64,000 nucleotides of DNA from Clostridia bacterium. GTDB taxonomy: Bacteria > Bacillota > Clostridia > UBA1212 > DUPL01. The DNA is taken from assembly GCA_050951325.1 (NCBI GenBank), contig JBMNIW010000012.1:448001-512000 (forward strand), in the 5' to 3' direction. The notes beneath the pieces were generated by a model, which was not told the origin of the DNA, did not search any database, and saw only the letters and a list, made by a program, of their open reading frames with translations. Below are positions 61,059-64,000 of this stretch, one piece after another (position 1 is the first letter of the stretch; each line of letters begins with the position of its first letter). The position numbers and the translations under genes are program-made.

Positions 61059-64000
61059 ATGGACGGAAATATAGTTATTCAAAGTGTTAATGCCGTACAC
61101 GGCAGCAAAAAGTTCATAGTCAAGGCTGTTGCTGATACATTTGTATCATACAACAAGATAAAGGAAATAAAGAAGAAGATATGCAAGAAGATAGGATACG
61201 ACCAAGTCATACTCCAGCTTTCATGCAAGGCATGCATGGAATCTGTTATTAATGGAGAAGACTTTTGGGAAAATATGCTTTCATATTTCAAGGAAGAGAA
61301 CAATTCCGTTTGGGCCCTTTTGGAAGGAAGCAAATGCGAGCTTAGAAATAAAAGACTTGTTGTTGATTTGGACAAAAAGGTTGCTGGCATTCTTAAGGAA
61401 AAACAAGTAGACAAATTCATTGCAGATCAAATTAAAATGATGTGGGACGAGCATGTAGAGATAGATTTTTCAGATTGTGATGTGGAGATCGAAGGAATAA
61501 ACACTGAAGTTGTCAAGGTGGATTTTACGTCCCAGGACCATGACAGGGCTATTCAGGAAAGTATTAAGCGCAATGAAGAAAAGCTGCGTCAGCAGAAGTA
61601 CAATGGCTCGAATGGCACGTCAAACGGCGGAAATGGAAACTTTGTACGAAGAAATGGCGGAGGGTCAAGAAGAGGAAACAAGCTTAATTTTCAAGAGGAT
61701 GGAAGCCTGCCAAAGGATTCCAAAGGTAATGAAATTATTTATGGAAGAGAAATAGACATGCCAATCACTCCCATGAAAGATGTTGACGTATACACAGGGC
61801 AGGTGGCAATAAGGGGCAGAGTGGTTGGTATTGAAATAAAAGAGATTGCAAATGAAAAAGCAATATGCTCATTCCATATAGCTGACAATACAGGTGCGGT
61901 TACTGTAAAGTTCTTTTTTGAGCAAAAGGACCTAAAGGCAGTAAACGGGGCTATTAAAAAGAACATGCATTTTACCGTCATGGGCAAGACGGAGTTTGAC
62001 CCATTTACACATGAACTGTCAATCAGTGCATGGAGTATAGTAAGATTCAAGCCTGTTGAGAAGGAGGACAACGCTCCTGTCAAGAGGGTGGAACTGCATC
62101 TGCATACAAACATGAGTCCGCAGGATGCGGTTACAAGACCTGAACAGCTTATCCCCAGAGCATTGAAATGGGGACACAAGGCCATCGCCATTACCGACCA
62201 TGGTGTTGTGCAGGCTTATCCCGAGGTATACAAGGCGGCCAAGAACAAGGATATTAAGATAATATATGGTGTTGAGTGCTATCTGACAAATCAGATGGAG
62301 GAAATGCCCTTGTTCAAGGCAAAACAGTTCAAGTCATACCACTGCATTCTTTTGGTTAAGAATCAGGTGGGACTTAAAAACTTGTATAAATTGATATCGA
62401 GGTCCCATATAGATCATTTCTACAAAAGACCGAGAATACCCAAGTACATACTGGATGCTCACAGGGAAGGAATTCTTGTAGGCAGTGCCTGCTGTGAGGG
62501 AGAACTTTTTAATGCATTTTTGGAAAACAAAAGCACTGAGGAAATTGAGAAAATTGCTTCATACTACGACTATTTTGAAATACAGCCGGTTGGAAACAAC
62601 ATGTTCTTAATCCGCGAGGGTATTTTGAACAGTGTAAAGGATATTGAGAGAATAAATACAGAGATTGTAAAACTTGGAGACAAACATGGGAAAATGACTG
62701 TTGCCACGGGAGATGTGCATTTTCTTGAGGAGAATGATTCCATATACAGGGCGGTAATGATGGGTGCTCAAGGATACTCTGATGCCGACCTCCAGCCTCC
62801 GTTGTTTTTCAGGACTACGGAGGAAATGCTTAACGAGTTTACATATCTTGGCGACAGGGCTTATGAAGTGGTGGTTGAGAATACAAATAAAATTGCTGAC
62901 ATGATAGAAGAAGTGAGGCCGGTTCCAAACGGTTTCTATCCACCTGTCATTCCTGGTTCGGATGAGGAACTTAGAGAAAAAGCCTACACAAGGGCAAAGG
63001 AGCTGTATGGTGAAAACCTTCCCGAACTGGTCAAGACAAGGCTGGACAGGGAGCTTAACTCAATTATTGAAAACGGCTATTCCATCATGTACATAACTGC
63101 TCAGAGACTTGTTGCCGAGTCTGCAAGGAACGGCTATACTGTAGGTTCAAGAGGATCGGTAGGTTCATCCTTTGCGGCGTACGTGGCAGGTATTACTGAA
63201 GTTAATTCACTGCCGGCACATTATTTGTGCCTGGAATGTCACTACAGTGAGTTCCATGAAAACGAGGGACTTGACTGTGGTTATGATCTGCCGGAAAAGG
63301 ATTGTCCCAATTGCAATACACCTCTTAAAAGACAGGGATTTGACATTCCCTTTGAGACATTCCTTGGATTTGACGGGGACAAGGTACCTGATATTGACCT
63401 TAACTTTTCCTCCTATGACCAGGCAAATGCTCACAAGTATACTGAGGTGCTTTTCGGAGCAGACTACGTTTTCAGGGCGGGGACCATTTCAGGTATTGCA
63501 GAGAAAACTGCAAGGGGATATGTTCTTAAGTACATGGAGGAAAGAGGGAAGAAGCCTACCCAGGCAGTTCTGACATGGTTGTCCAGCGGCTTTGAAGGTG
63601 TGAAAAGAACAACAGGACAGCACCCGGGTGGTATCATGGTTATTCCCAAGGATATGGAGATATATGATTTTACACCCATACAAAGACCTGCTGACAAGGT
63701 GGAAAGCGACATCATAACCACCCACTTTGACTACCATTTTCTGCACGACAATATTTTAAAACTTGACATACTTGGCCATGATGGTCCTACGATGATACGT
63801 CTCCTTGAAGACTTTACGGGAGTCAGCTGCATGAATGTCGACATAGCCGATGAAAAGGTTCTGTCCTTGTTCAACTCAACGGATGCACTGAAGCTGGACA
63901 AGGATAAGCTAAAGATTGACTTAAAGGTTGGTACTTTTGGCATTCCTGAGTTTGGAACAAACTTTGTTCAGAACATGCTCATAGATACAAGACCTACCAG
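61059..64000 (+). CDS. polC: DNA polymerase III PolC-type alpha subunit (runs off the right edge)
   Basis: Manual translation: PolC N-terminal domain, OB fold, ELHLHTNMS, AITDHG, GSRGSVGSS, Zn finger (YLCLEC...CPNC), FLGFDGDKVPDIDLNF, TTGQHPGG, LKLDILGHD. Confidence 0.95.
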   Translation, partial: MDGNIVIQSVNAVHGSKKFIVKAVADTFVSYNKIKEIKKKICKKIGYDQVILQLSCKACMESVINGEDFWENMLSYFKEENNSVWALLEGSKCELRNKRLVVDLDKKVAGILKEKQVDKFIADQIKMMWDEHVEIDFSDCDVEIEGINTEVVKVDFTSQDHDRAIQESIKRNEEKLRQQKYNGSNGTSNGGNGNFVRRNGGGSRRGNKLNFQEDGSLPKDSKGNEIIYGREIDMPITPMKDVDVYTGQVAIRGRVVGIEIKEIANEKAICSFHIADNTGAVTVKFFFEQKDLKAVNGAIKKNMHFTVMGKTEFDPFTHELSISAWSIVRFKPVEKEDNAPVKRVELHLHTNMSPQDAVTRPEQLIPRALKWGHKAIAITDHGVVQAYPEVYKAAKNKDIKIIYGVECYLTNQMEEMPLFKAKQFKSYHCILLVKNQVGLKNLYKLISRSHIDHFYKRPRIPKYILDAHREGILVGSACCEGELFNAFLENKSTEEIEKIASYYDYFEIQPVGNNMFLIREGILNSVKDIERINTEIVKLGDKHGKMTVATGDVHFLEENDSIYRAVMMGAQGYSDADLQPPLFFRTTEEMLNEFTYLGDRAYEVVVENTNKIADMIEEVRPVPNGFYPPVIPGSDEELREKAYTRAKELYGENLPELVKTRLDRELNSIIENGYSIMYITAQRLVAESARNGYTVGSRGSVGSSFAAYVAGITEVNSLPAHYLCLECHYSEFHENEGLDCGYDLPEKDCPNCNTPLKRQGFDIPFETFLGFDGDKVPDIDLNFSSYDQANAHKYTEVLFGADYVFRAGTISGIAEKTARGYVLKYMEERGKKPTQAVLTWLSSGFEGVKRTTGQHPGGIMVIPKDMEIYDFTPIQRPADKVESDIITTHFDYHFLHDNILKLDILGHDGPTMIRLLEDFTGVSCMNVDIADEKVLSLFNSTDALKLDKDKLKIDLKVGTFGIPEFGTNFVQNMLIDTRPT

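Overview
Low-GC DNA from a Clostridia-like Firmicute (PolC, Spo0E-like gene, NPxTG-type sorting signals). About 1-21.9 kb is an accessory island. It holds a type I R-M operon (hsdM, a damaged hsdS, hsdR running off the left edge) with a DUF262/DUF1524 (GmrSD-like) gene nested inside. It also has a predicted HEPN-like protein, a DUF2325 remnant, an IS21-family element splitting a Spo0E-like gene, a GNAT gene, three degenerate ~220-bp palindromic units, and a large serine recombinase (LSR) lacking its catalytic N-terminus. Two 5' fragments of a yyaL/DUF255 thioredoxin-like gene break at the same codon, each abutting an LSR 3' end, which suggests tandem integration at one att site. About 22-55 kb is mostly glycan/sugar and nucleotide metabolism (GH2, GH20, GH42-like, GH99-like, fucI, araB, codA, pncB, dcd, prs and an uncharacterised redox operon). 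The window ends with frr-uppS-cdsA-dxr-rseP-ispG-polC, and this PolC appears to lack its 3'-5' exonuclease domain. No rRNA, tRNA or CRISPR array was recognised. All calls come from reading motifs by eye; no database searches were run.
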